Shown one piece after another: positions 1 through 8,903 of a DNA stretch of 57,226 nucleotides. The number at the start of each line of letters is the position of its first letter. Position 1 is the first letter of the stretch. The stretch lies in sequence record DRR378314_1853; one strand, written 5' to 3'. The notes beneath the pieces are model-generated. The model worked only from the letters and a program-made list of their open reading frames with translations, made no database searches and was not told where the DNA came from. The translations under genes and the position numbers were made by a program.

Positions 1-29
1 CCACCCCTCAATCCCCTCCAAGGAGGGGA
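1..29. repeat. REP-like GC-rich palindrome (CCACCCCTCAATCCCCTCCAAGGAGGGGA)
   Basis: Perfect hairpin TCCCCTCC-AA-GGAGGGGA at 11-28 in an AT-rich intergenic context. Resembles short palindromic repeats I associate with Bacteroidota genomes. Only one copy in the window, possibly truncated by the window edge. Confidence 0.45.
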
Positions 30-304
30 ATAATTCATGATTATTGTTGGACTTAGGTAAAATCAAGGCCACAATCAGCGTAAGGTCTATTTCACCAAGG
101 TTGTACTCCCTTAAAGCCAAAACCACGTTAATAATTGATTTTTAGGAATCCAAGTTGTTTTTTAAAGGAACTAAGAAGTTTCTAGGAAAGATTACGGACT
201 TTTTATTTGATGGAGTAAAGTCATGTGACCTCACCCACCGGCGATAGCGTCAGGCAGACTTGAAGACTGAAAAACCATTGGACAAGCTTGCGCTAGCCAG
301 GGTA

Positions 305-1609
305 TTATTTTGGTAAATATCCCTTAAACCTGATCAATTTATCATCATTTTGCTGATAGGTAATGGGCTTGGGATCTAACCATTCCACTATTTTATCTTT
401 AATGGCATAGGCAAAAAAGTGATTCCCTGAAGGGGTATAATGACCAATAAAATACCTCTCCATATATTCATCCAAACTAAGATTGAATTTTTTGAAATCG
501 TCTAGATGTACTTTATTCATATCAAAATACCTGTAATCATTATCTCTAATAAAATCCATAATCTCTTGGTCATAGCGTTTATTCCCTACAACCATTTCCC
601 TAAAAACATTGGTTGGATCAAAATGTACCAACATTAGCTCTTTCCCATTGGCTTTACAAAATTCATCGGTTTTTTTTAAAATGTATTTAGTGGCTTCAAA
701 GGAGTATTTATTTTTTAATGCAGTAGCCGTGCTCATCATCTTATCCGTAGAGGAAAAATCTACCACTGGCAACTCCAAGATATGGGCAAGTTTATTAAGG
801 CCCTCCACATCCAAGTCAGAATTTACCATATCATAACCCAACAAATAAAGCTGCAACATTAGATCATCTTTTAGATTATCGTACATAAACTCGGGATCGG
901 ACATTTTGTATATGCCCTCCTTGGAATTAATTCTATTTTCCTTTTCTACTAATTTTCCAATATGGGTATCCATTTCAATGTTGGACCAAAAATTGCCATG
1001 GAACATATATCCACCATAATCGTTCCAACGGGTATAATAAGAGGCGTAGCGACATCTAAAAACACTTCTTACATAATCGTCTCCCCACATATATAGAATT
1101 ACGTATTTGGAGTCTTTATCCTCTTTTTCCCGCCTCAATAGCCTTCTATAAGCCTGGTAAACACCAAAACCTCCCATTCCGAAATTATTAATCGGTTCTC
1201 CCAGATGCCCGGCAAGATACTCCTGCCAGGTTTCGGCATCGCTTACCTGGTGACAATGGGTAAAACTATTGCCATAGGTATTGATTCGGCATGGTTTATC
1301 GGCATATATACTGTTGGTCCTTTTACCGTCTTTCATTACAGTAGATAACGTATAGCTGTTATCTATCCCATCATGTGGCATATAATTTCCCAAAATATAC
1401 CCCACCTCAGGATCAAACTGGGCCCAACTATCATGTTCTAGGAAAATTTCCAATTCCTCCTTGGGAACGGCACTTTTCCTTAGGTATTCAGCATACGACT
1501 TCTTTTCACCTATCTTGGAACGGCCAAATAAAAAATCGGGCAGCAAGGATGCTCCTCCTGCGGTTATTGCAGTGAAAACATTGGATTTGATAAATTTTCG
1601 TCTGTCCAT
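305..1609 (-). CDS. Tat-exported SGNH/GDSL-like hydrolase-fold protein
   Basis: N-terminal twin-arginine signal (MDRRKFIKS). SGNH-like blocks: YGNSFT (block I, GDS to GNS), NFGMGGFG (block II), GHYTPSGN (block V). Confidence 0.6.
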   Translation of the reverse strand: MDRRKFIKSNVFTAITAGGASLLPDFLFGRSKIGEKKSYAEYLRKSAVPKEELEIFLEHDSWAQFDPEVGYILGNYMPHDGIDNSYTLSTVMKDGKRTNSIYADKPCRINTYGNSFTHCHQVSDAETWQEYLAGHLGEPINNFGMGGFGVYQAYRRLLRREKEDKDSKYVILYMWGDDYVRSVFRCRYASYYTRWNDYGGYMFHGNFWSNIEMDTHIGKLVEKENRINSKEGIYKMSDPEFMYDNLKDDLMLQLYLLGYDMVNSDLDVEGLNKLAHILELPVVDFSSTDKMMSTATALKNKYSFEATKYILKKTDEFCKANGKELMLVHFDPTNVFREMVVGNKRYDQEIMDFIRDNDYRYFDMNKVHLDDFKKFNLSLDEYMERYFIGHYTPSGNHFFAYAIKDKIVEWLDPKPITYQQNDDKLIRFKGYLPK

Positions 1610-2052
1610 AGTCAGTAATTAGAAATTAATTGCAAAAACTTTATATCATCGGTAACCTTAAATGCATCCATATAATCATTTAAATTAATGAATTATAATC
1701 GATAATGAGAATAATTGGCCCAATAAGCGTCCGTACCCTCACCGATAACGTGAGCCTGCCAAGTATGCCGGGGAGGTTCATGCTAGCATGACCGTTGGGC
1801 TAGCTTCGGCTCCAATCATTTCAACTGGCTGTTTAATTGCAGAATACTTAGATCTATTAATAAAAGTTTGACCGCTAGATTTGTGGAAATTAAAGCGTTA
1901 AGTGTGGTGACCTAGCGCGGCTTGTTTTTTAGGCACTAAGCCACCTAAAATTAACATTTTTAAGTAGTTGGAATTATGATAAATATTTGAATCGATTAGT
2001 ATTGTGAATATGGTTATTAACTACATTTAATTATTATTCCACTATTTATAAT

Positions 2053-2610
2053 ATGCAAAAAACCTTAGCAATAATTTTGACAATTATAGCCTCATCCCAA
2101 GTATATTCCCAATTTATAAAAGAGAAGTCTATAGATGTTTCAATAGGTTTTGGCTATAGCACCCCGAATGAAGATATTGACATTACTGGTCAAGGTTTTT
2201 TTATGCAGGGTGAATATGTCCTTACCTTGGCCAAGTGGATAGATCTTAGACCATATACAGGTTTGATCCTGACAAAAGATAACCCGGGAAACCAACCCAA
2301 TGATCCTTTATACAAGTCTACTGCAAACGCCTTTCTATTTGGAGGAAAAACACGTATTGCGGTACCCGTACCATGGGTAGCTCCTTATCTAGAAGTTGGT
2401 CTTGGTGGTTCTATTGGCTCCTTTAAAACATTTACGCCCTCCACAAACATAGATTATAGTGGTTTAATACTACATATTCCAATCTCTATAGGTTTGGAAT
2501 TGGGACCTAACCACAATTTTGATATCACCTTTACCTACTATTTTCACAATAGTGTGGAACAGTTTGTTGGGGCAGCGGCAATTGGAATTTCCATTCCGTT
2601 AAGCAAATAA
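2053..2610 (+). CDS. Outer-membrane beta-barrel protein (OmpA/PorT-like 8-strand type), hypothetical
   Basis: Signal peptide followed by alternating amphipathic beta strands (PYLEVGLGG, IGLELG, FDITFTYYF, C-terminal AIGISIPL). Confidence 0.6.
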   Translation: MQKTLAIILTIIASSQVYSQFIKEKSIDVSIGFGYSTPNEDIDITGQGFFMQGEYVLTLAKWIDLRPYTGLILTKDNPGNQPNDPLYKSTANAFLFGGKTRIAVPVPWVAPYLEVGLGGSIGSFKTFTPSTNIDYSGLILHIPISIGLELGPNHNFDITFTYYFHNSVEQFVGAAAIGISIPLSK

Positions 2611-2937
2611 TCCTGCTGACCCGATTGCCCCACTGGCGCCAGAGATGCACAGGGAACTAGTTCTGGGTTGTAGCGAATAATTTTTCTCATCGGTTTACCT
2701 TGAGCCAGGATGTATTCAATGAAAGCATGCGGATTTTCCAGATAACAAACAACGTCCTTCCATTAATCCCAGTTCCCATATGATAATGTTAAAAGGTGCA
2801 GAGAAACTGCTCGGGAAATATGAAAAGTACCAACTGGGACATTGAAAAACCAAAAAGGGCTTTCAACTTAAGGGGTGTATTGTATTGTAAGGATGAGATT
2901 TTGCGTAGCGGTCAATGCTATATAGGCATGGACAAAT

Positions 2938-2965
2938 CTTGAACCTTGAACCTTGAACCTTGAAC
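2938..2965 (+). repeat. Heptamer tandem repeat (CTTGAAC)x4
   Basis: Four perfect copies read directly, 3 nt beyond the stop of the minus-strand serine hydrolase gene. Confidence 0.9.
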
Positions 2966-2968
2966 TCC

Positions 2969-4279
2969 TTATTCCCAATGCAACTGGACCAGATCATTGG
3001 CGGTATTCAGTTTGTTATGAGGGGTAGTCTGTCCATATATTTCCTTCACTATTGCATACAGATCCGGTATCACGGTTTTGGCAATTTTACTATTGTTGCT
3101 CAATAGTACACAGATTCCCAGATCGGCTTCCGGATAAATAGCTATTTCATTTCTATAGTTGTTGACACTTCCCCCATGATGCCAAATAGTTTTTTCTTGG
3201 TCCGAGTCCTTCTCCATGAATTTATGTATTCTCCAACCATAGCCATAGTAAGATGTTTTATGTCCAGGCCAATGTTGGTAATACTTACTTTCCCCTTTAA
3301 TTTCTATAAAAGGGGAGAAAGTTTCTGCCAGCGCAGATTTGCTCATTAATTCCGGGTTGTGCCCCAGTAAAAATCGCATCCATTTGGCCATATCAACAGA
3401 GCTGGCACTAATACCCCCAGCTGCAATGGCATTGTAATAATTATTTGTAAGTGGCAATGTTTTCCAGCCATTTCTTCTTTTGGAGTGTGGCATGGCCACA
3501 TTTTCCATAAGCGCCAAGGTTTCATAATCCATGGTGGTTGAACACATGCCCAAAGGATTAAAAAAGGTATTGGTCAACACCTCACTTATATCCTGTCCGG
3601 TTGCTTTATATATCATTTCCCCACATAGCGCAAACATGGCATTCTGGTAGCTATACATGGATCCTGGCTCACTTATCGGTGTAATTTCCTTAAAGCGCTG
3701 GGCAATATCCTGTAATGGCAAGCCCGCCTCTACAAGGTTGGTATAGCTATGATAAGGTGTGCCAGCGGTATGCGATAAAATATTGGCAAGGGTAATTTTA
3801 CTGGTATTGTTGCTATCGCCAAATTTAAATTCCGGTATAAAATCACTTACCTTATCCTCCCAATGTAATTTGCCTTCATCCTTTAATTCAGCTGCCAACA
3901 CCCCTGCAAATCCCTTGGAAAGTGACCCAAGTCTAAAAATAGTCCCGCCATCTACATGGTCATCACGGTTAATATTTCTTTTGCCATAGCCATCCGACAG
4001 TATAATAGAATCGTCCTTTACAATACTCACTCCAGCTCCAACAATATCCCCTGCCGAGATCGCTTTATCAAAATAGGCATTAATGGCTACTTCCAACTCC
4101 TCTTGATGCCTTTTATAAAGTAGCTCCTCCTTGGCGGTCAATGCATCCTTTAAATGATCAATACTTGTAACGGCTACCTCGGACCCTGGATCGGGGGCCG
4201 ACATAAAGGCATTTAAAACAAGGGTTACGATTGTAAGGATTAAAAGCGAAATTCCTATTAAGATTTTGCTTCTCTTCAT
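2969..4279 (-). CDS. Serine hydrolase, beta-lactamase class C/AmpC-like (PBP) family
   Basis: SxxK (GSLSK), YxN (YSYQN) and HxG (WHHGGS) motifs; LLSHT-like ILSHTAG; N-terminal signal/anchor. Confidence 0.85.
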   Translation of the reverse strand: MKRSKILIGISLLILTIVTLVLNAFMSAPDPGSEVAVTSIDHLKDALTAKEELLYKRHQEELEVAINAYFDKAISAGDIVGAGVSIVKDDSIILSDGYGKRNINRDDHVDGGTIFRLGSLSKGFAGVLAAELKDEGKLHWEDKVSDFIPEFKFGDSNNTSKITLANILSHTAGTPYHSYTNLVEAGLPLQDIAQRFKEITPISEPGSMYSYQNAMFALCGEMIYKATGQDISEVLTNTFFNPLGMCSTTMDYETLALMENVAMPHSKRRNGWKTLPLTNNYYNAIAAGGISASSVDMAKWMRFLLGHNPELMSKSALAETFSPFIEIKGESKYYQHWPGHKTSYYGYGWRIHKFMEKDSDQEKTIWHHGGSVNNYRNEIAIYPEADLGICVLLSNNSKIAKTVIPDLYAIVKEIYGQTTPHNKLNTANDLVQLHWE

Positions 4280-4534
4280 ATGGGGTGCATTTTTTTTTGA
4301 TGTAATATTTCCTAAATATAGGATGATATACTTAAATAACGGACGAAATGCTCGAATTCTTATAAATATCCCTCTTTTTTAACACTAACATCCAGCTTTT
4401 TAAGACTCAATATTAGGAGGTTAAAAAATACTTCCAAAAAGCTTAACACATTTCCAATAAAAATAAACCATAAGCAAGCACATAAATAATTCTATATATT
4501 GCAGCGACCAATATTATTTCAAAACCACTTCAAT

Positions 4535-5005
4535 ATGAAAAACCACCTATACCATACCACGGTGCAATGGACGGGAAATGAAGGAAAAGGCACTTTAGAT
4601 CCCAAATCCTACAATAGAAACCATGAAATCTCCTGTCCAGAAAAATATAATGCAATAAGGGGATCGTCAGATGCCGCTTTTTCAGGGGACGGTAAAAGGT
4701 ATAATTCAGAAGATTTACTGGTTTCCTCCATCTCGGCCTGTCACATGCTTTGGTATCTTCATTTATGTGCCATAAACAAAATAGTAGTTACGGAATATAC
4801 CGATAAGGCTGTTGGACTAATGGAGGAAACATCCAATGGCAGTGGAAGATTTAAGGAAGTTACACTTCACCCCAATATTAAAATAACGGATGCCCAATTG
4901 ATCCAAAAGGCGATTCAGCTGCATTCGGAAGCCAATAAAATGTGCTTCATCGCCAATTCCTGCAATTTCAAAATCAATCATAAACCCACTATTACGGTTG
5001 AATAA
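4535..5005 (+). CDS. OsmC family peroxiredoxin-like protein
   Basis: SACHMLWYL and CFIANS two-cysteine motifs; W-x-G-N start. The ATG at 4535 is preferred over the TTG at 4499. Confidence 0.85.
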   Translation: MKNHLYHTTVQWTGNEGKGTLDPKSYNRNHEISCPEKYNAIRGSSDAAFSGDGKRYNSEDLLVSSISACHMLWYLHLCAINKIVVTEYTDKAVGLMEETSNGSGRFKEVTLHPNIKITDAQLIQKAIQLHSEANKMCFIANSCNFKINHKPTITVE

Positions 5006-5050
5006 TAATTTCAACTTATATTTGGGAGGCCATGTAAAGACAATATCCGT

Positions 5051-5878
5051 ATGATCAATAGAGTATTTCAACTTACCATAGTTTTATTTTCCATGCTATC
5101 CTTGAGTTATGGACAGGACACAAACGAAAGGACCCAATTTTTCCCGAAAGTAGAACTGGCGGTAGAAAATATTCCAAATAAAGAGAACCTATGGGTTTTT
5201 ATACTCGCGGGACAATCCAATATGGCCGGAAGAGGATTAGTGGAACCTCAGGATACCGTTCCCAACAATAGAGTATATACCCTGAACAAACAGGGAAATA
5301 TCATCTTCGCCAAGGAGCCCCTACATTTTTATGAACCAACAATGGCCGGGTTGGACAGCGGACTTTCGTTCGGTAAGGCCTTGATCAAACATATTCCGGA
5401 CAGTATTTCGGTGCTATTAATTCCAACTGCGGTAGGGGGAAGCTCAATTTCACAATGGTTAAACGATTCTATCCATAGAGAGGTTAAACTATTCTCCAAT
5501 TTCAAACAAAAAGCGGAGTTGGGTATGCGTTTTGGGACAGTAAAAGGAATTCTTTGGCATCAGGGTGAAAGTGATGCCAAAACCAAGGAGGCTCCATTGT
5601 ACCAAATCAAATTATCGGAGTTGTTCTATCAATTCAGAAAGATAATTGGGAACCAAGAGACAACAGTTGTAATAGGGCAATTGGGCAGTTATTCAACCAA
5701 TCCATTGTGGTCAAAGATTAATGACCACATTAAATACTATGTATCTACTGATCCATATTCAGGGATGATCAATACGCAGGACCTAAAGGACAAAGGGGAT
5801 AAGGTGCACTTTAATTCCGAAGCACAGCGGCTCATGGGTGAAAGATTTGCCAATGAATTTATTAAAATACAGCATTAG
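5051..5878 (+). CDS. Sialate O-acetylesterase (SASA/CE6-like SGNH esterase)
   Basis: GQSNMAG, WHQGESD and DKVH (DxxH) motifs; signal peptide. Confidence 0.85.
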   Translation: MINRVFQLTIVLFSMLSLSYGQDTNERTQFFPKVELAVENIPNKENLWVFILAGQSNMAGRGLVEPQDTVPNNRVYTLNKQGNIIFAKEPLHFYEPTMAGLDSGLSFGKALIKHIPDSISVLLIPTAVGGSSISQWLNDSIHREVKLFSNFKQKAELGMRFGTVKGILWHQGESDAKTKEAPLYQIKLSELFYQFRKIIGNQETTVVIGQLGSYSTNPLWSKINDHIKYYVSTDPYSGMINTQDLKDKGDKVHFNSEAQRLMGERFANEFIKIQH

Positions 5879-6039
5879 CCTATTTTGCATGTGCGTTAAT
5901 GTATTAAGCATAATACACCGCTACTAGGTATACTGTGATTTACAATGCATTAGTTCTACTTGCCTATATAATGACCATAAACCAATATGGTCAACTTAAC
6001 CATGCCCTACGTTTTAACCCCAAATATGTACAACCTATA

Positions 6040-6129
6040 TTAAGACGTAAGCACATAAATGGCCCAAGCAAAGCAAAAGGCGCAATAGAGATAAAATAAA
6101 AATTCGTTAAATGTAGTATTTTCCTTCAT
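6040..6129 (-). CDS. Putative 29-aa small membrane protein MKENTTFNEFLFYLYCAFCFAWAIYVLTS
   Basis: Translated by hand (below the ORF-track cutoff). ATG start, about 20-residue hydrophobic C-terminal helix, located in a 450-nt gap with no other gene. Confidence 0.4.
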   Translation of the reverse strand: MKENTTFNEFLFYLYCAFCFAWAIYVLTS

Positions 6130-6327
6130 AATATGGGGTTTATATATAAAACCCCATAATCAAGGGAAAAGGATTTTCGTATCCATGTATGGAACAAAAT
6201 TTCGACGACCTGACCCCAATTCGGATAAAGGGTCAAAATCATCTATGAAAGTAAAATCCTACAAAACTATAAAACCTAGAAAGACAACTGTTTACCGATA
6301 ATTTATTGATCCAAAACCTAAGAAAAA

Positions 6328-7416
6328 CTACAATTTGACCACACAATTCTGTGCGGCCGATTTGTAGATGGCCTCAACAACACGAATATCCCTCAGTCCT
6401 TCTTCCCCTGGGACAATTAAGTCGGTTTTGTCCATAATGGCCATGGCATCCTCATCCATTTGTTTGGCCTGCTGGTTGGGGATGGAAAATTTTATGATCG
6501 TTCCATCGGACATACTTCCATTATTGCCATTATAGGAGCTGTGTGGTTCCATTTTCAACCAACCTTTTTCATAATTGACCTGAAGATGATTCATATTTAT
6601 ACCAAAACTGGTCTGGCAGGATGCTAGGGCACCACTGGGAAATTCCAGTTGAAACATCATGGTTTCCTCTACTTCGTGATAAATTTCAGGTCGGGTAGTG
6701 GAGGCCTGCGCCAGTACCGAAATCGGTTCTTCCCCGGTAGCCAATCGGGCACCTTGTAATGCATAAACACCCATATCGCCCATGGCACCACCCCCTAATT
6801 TTTTATTTTGCTTCCAATGGTTGGTCCGGCCGTCAAAATATCCCGCGGCAGAAGTCACCATCCGTACTTTCCCAAAAGGTCTTTCCTTGCCCACTTTCAT
6901 ATAGGCCTGAATATTTGGGTCGTGCTGACAACGGTACCCGATAGCCAGTTTTACCTTATTATCTTTACAGGCCTTGATCATTGCCTCACAATCGGCTACA
7001 GAGGGTGCCATTGGTTTTTCACACCAAACATGCTTACCCGCCTTGGCCGCCCTAATCGTATACTCTGCATGCATGGAAGGAGGCAGAACCACGTATACAA
7101 CATCTATATCCGGGTTATTGGCAATGGTATCAAAATTTTTGTAATTGTAAACGTTCTTGTCCTTAATCCCATATTTTTCCTGCCAGATCGGAATTTTTTC
7201 AGGACTACCGGTGACTATACCCCTTAATTCGCAGTTATTGGTCAATTGTAGGGCAGGTGCAAGAAGATCTGTACTATAATAGCCCAATCCAACAAGGGCT
7301 ACCCCTAATTTTTTCTTTTGTGCCTTGGTTGAAGACAGTAGTATTTGAGGAGTAAATGCGCTTGCTGCTGCAATCAATCCCGCTTTTTGAATAAATATTC
7401 TCCTTTGTTTTTCCAT
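6328..7416 (-). CDS. Gfo/Idh/MocA family oxidoreductase (glucose-fructose oxidoreductase-like), Tat-exported
   Basis: Twin-arginine QRRIFIQK, Rossmann GLGYY, HVWCEKP and GGGAMGDMGVY motifs. Start reassigned to ATG 7416. Confidence 0.85.
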   Translation of the reverse strand: MEKQRRIFIQKAGLIAAASAFTPQILLSSTKAQKKKLGVALVGLGYYSTDLLAPALQLTNNCELRGIVTGSPEKIPIWQEKYGIKDKNVYNYKNFDTIANNPDIDVVYVVLPPSMHAEYTIRAAKAGKHVWCEKPMAPSVADCEAMIKACKDNKVKLAIGYRCQHDPNIQAYMKVGKERPFGKVRMVTSAAGYFDGRTNHWKQNKKLGGGAMGDMGVYALQGARLATGEEPISVLAQASTTRPEIYHEVEETMMFQLEFPSGALASCQTSFGINMNHLQVNYEKGWLKMEPHSSYNGNNGSMSDGTIIKFSIPNQQAKQMDEDAMAIMDKTDLIVPGEEGLRDIRVVEAIYKSAAQNCVVKL

Positions 7417-7595
7417 GGTTCCAATTTGGAGGAGAAAATACCACAAAAAATTGAAAATTCCATAAAAATATGTGAAGCTTTTGAAGCAGAAAAAGTACTC
7501 TACCAATAATGTGATTGCATACCCGCTTTCCGGATCATTCCTAAAAACTGACCGTGAGTTGGAAAAGTCGGAAAGATGAACCTATGAAAACGCCC

Positions 7596-8156
7596 TTATT
7601 CCTTTTTCTGAAGGTTTTGGACCAGTAGATCCTTTAAAACATATGCGGCAACAAGAATAAAGCCCGTTATCAGGGTTGGGGTAGCATATTCCCATTCCAA
7701 TATTTTGGTCAGGCTTCCAATAATTATGGCCAATATGCCTATGATCATCATTGTATTCCACATAAAATATGCAATATCACTCCTATTGTCGTCCTTGTCG
7801 TCAATGAGATATGTTGTGCCTTCCATGATGATCCAAATTATGAACGCCAAGCTACCAATGACCTGAAAAAAATCATTGTGGGATATGTCCAGTATTTTGA
7901 AAATTCCATTTAAAGACCAAGAGGTAACTAAAATTAATTTGTTGTACTGCAGAAACCCTTTTTTTGTTTTCTTCCAAAATCGCCAAGCGTACAATACACC
8001 TATAGCGGCAAGAGAAATTAATATTATAGGATTAGCGACGGTCGTAAAATGTAAAATTTTACAAAGAAAGCCTACTACAAGGAGGGAAATGGCAATTCTT
8101 AAAGGTGTTCTCAAAATCTTCTTTTCTGTTTCCATAAAATTGTTTTTAAGATTCAT
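7596..8156 (-). CDS. Membrane protein with three GldL-N-like helical hairpin repeats
   Basis: About six TM segments. Three units each containing a KIL motif: GFLCKILHF, NGIFKILDI, GSLTKILEW. Confidence 0.5.
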   Translation of the reverse strand: MNLKNNFMETEKKILRTPLRIAISLLVVGFLCKILHFTTVANPIILISLAAIGVLYAWRFWKKTKKGFLQYNKLILVTSWSLNGIFKILDISHNDFFQVIGSLAFIIWIIMEGTTYLIDDKDDNRSDIAYFMWNTMMIIGILAIIIGSLTKILEWEYATPTLITGFILVAAYVLKDLLVQNLQKKE

Positions 8157-8228
8157 GGCATTTCAGTTTTGGTTTTGCTGAATTGCTCTGTCCTTTCTTC
8201 AATAGACATTTCCCTATGGTGTAATTAA

Positions 8229-8672
8229 CTACAGCACCTTGATATTGGCCTTTAGCCCTTCCATTATTCCTAATATATTATCTACCGTTTCTTTTAAATA
8301 ATATTTAATGAGTACGTGGGGGATACGAATGGTGGTAAATCCATTTCTAAACGAATGCATGGCTTCTTCCAAATCGTTGATGGCTTGTTCGTGGGTTATG
8401 GATTGGTATTCCGTGTCGATTTCTATATTAAGTTTTACCCTAGATATAGCAATATCCACTGATTTTTTTCCATCCCACCATTCCAGCATTGGATTTACAC
8501 CTGCATTTTTTAAACCATAATATAATTGTATGGCTTCTTTGGGGGTCCTTTTAAGTTTGATCAGCTTTTCCATGCGGTCTTTGTGCTTCGCACAAAGCTC
8601 TAATCCTAAGAGATCCATCGCACTTTTGTGGTCAAGATAATCAAGCTCTTTGTTACAATCTAAACATGTCAT
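8229..8672 (-). CDS. Hypothetical protein: N-terminal CxxC...CxxH putative zinc finger plus DUF559/Vsr-like PD-(D/E)xK-fold domain
   Basis: CLDC...CAKH. VDIAISRVKLNIEID and NGFTTIRI match the DUF559 pattern VDF...KLVIEIDG...G..V.R. Confidence 0.5.
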   Translation of the reverse strand: MTCLDCNKELDYLDHKSAMDLLGLELCAKHKDRMEKLIKLKRTPKEAIQLYYGLKNAGVNPMLEWWDGKKSVDIAISRVKLNIEIDTEYQSITHEQAINDLEEAMHSFRNGFTTIRIPHVLIKYYLKETVDNILGIMEGLKANIKVL

Positions 8673-8903
8673 TCAAGTAGGTTAAAAATTTAATTTGGGA
8701 CTATTATAACCGTAATATTTTTGGATTATTATATGAGGGATGTCCAAAAAGGCCATCTTTTAGACGAACTGCAACTTTTTAGATGAACGACCTACTTTTC
8801 AAACCACATGGCCTTTAAAAAACAAATATTCTTCCGCATTTTAGAATATCCCTATATATTTACATATTCGCTATTTCAAACCTAAAGAATGGACTGTAGA
8901 ACA

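Noticed and set aside
1890-1975. Possible remnant of a dispersed Flavobacteriaceae intergenic repeat (GGCTTGTTTTTTAGGCACTAAG)
   Set aside because: The resemblance is from memory only; single copy and no clear inverted-repeat structure here.
2611-2870. Somewhat GC-richer intergenic stretch that might be a pseudogene fragment
   Set aside because: Hand translation gave only short open segments with no recognisable family.
2969-4279. Calling the serine hydrolase an antibiotic-resistance beta-lactamase
   Set aside because: It has HGG rather than KTG in motif 3; this family is mostly peptidases and esterases, and activity cannot be inferred from the motifs.
4700-4712. OsmC motif reads NSED instead of the usual NPEE
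   Set aside because: Both catalytic cysteines are intact; a single substitution is not enough to claim altered function.
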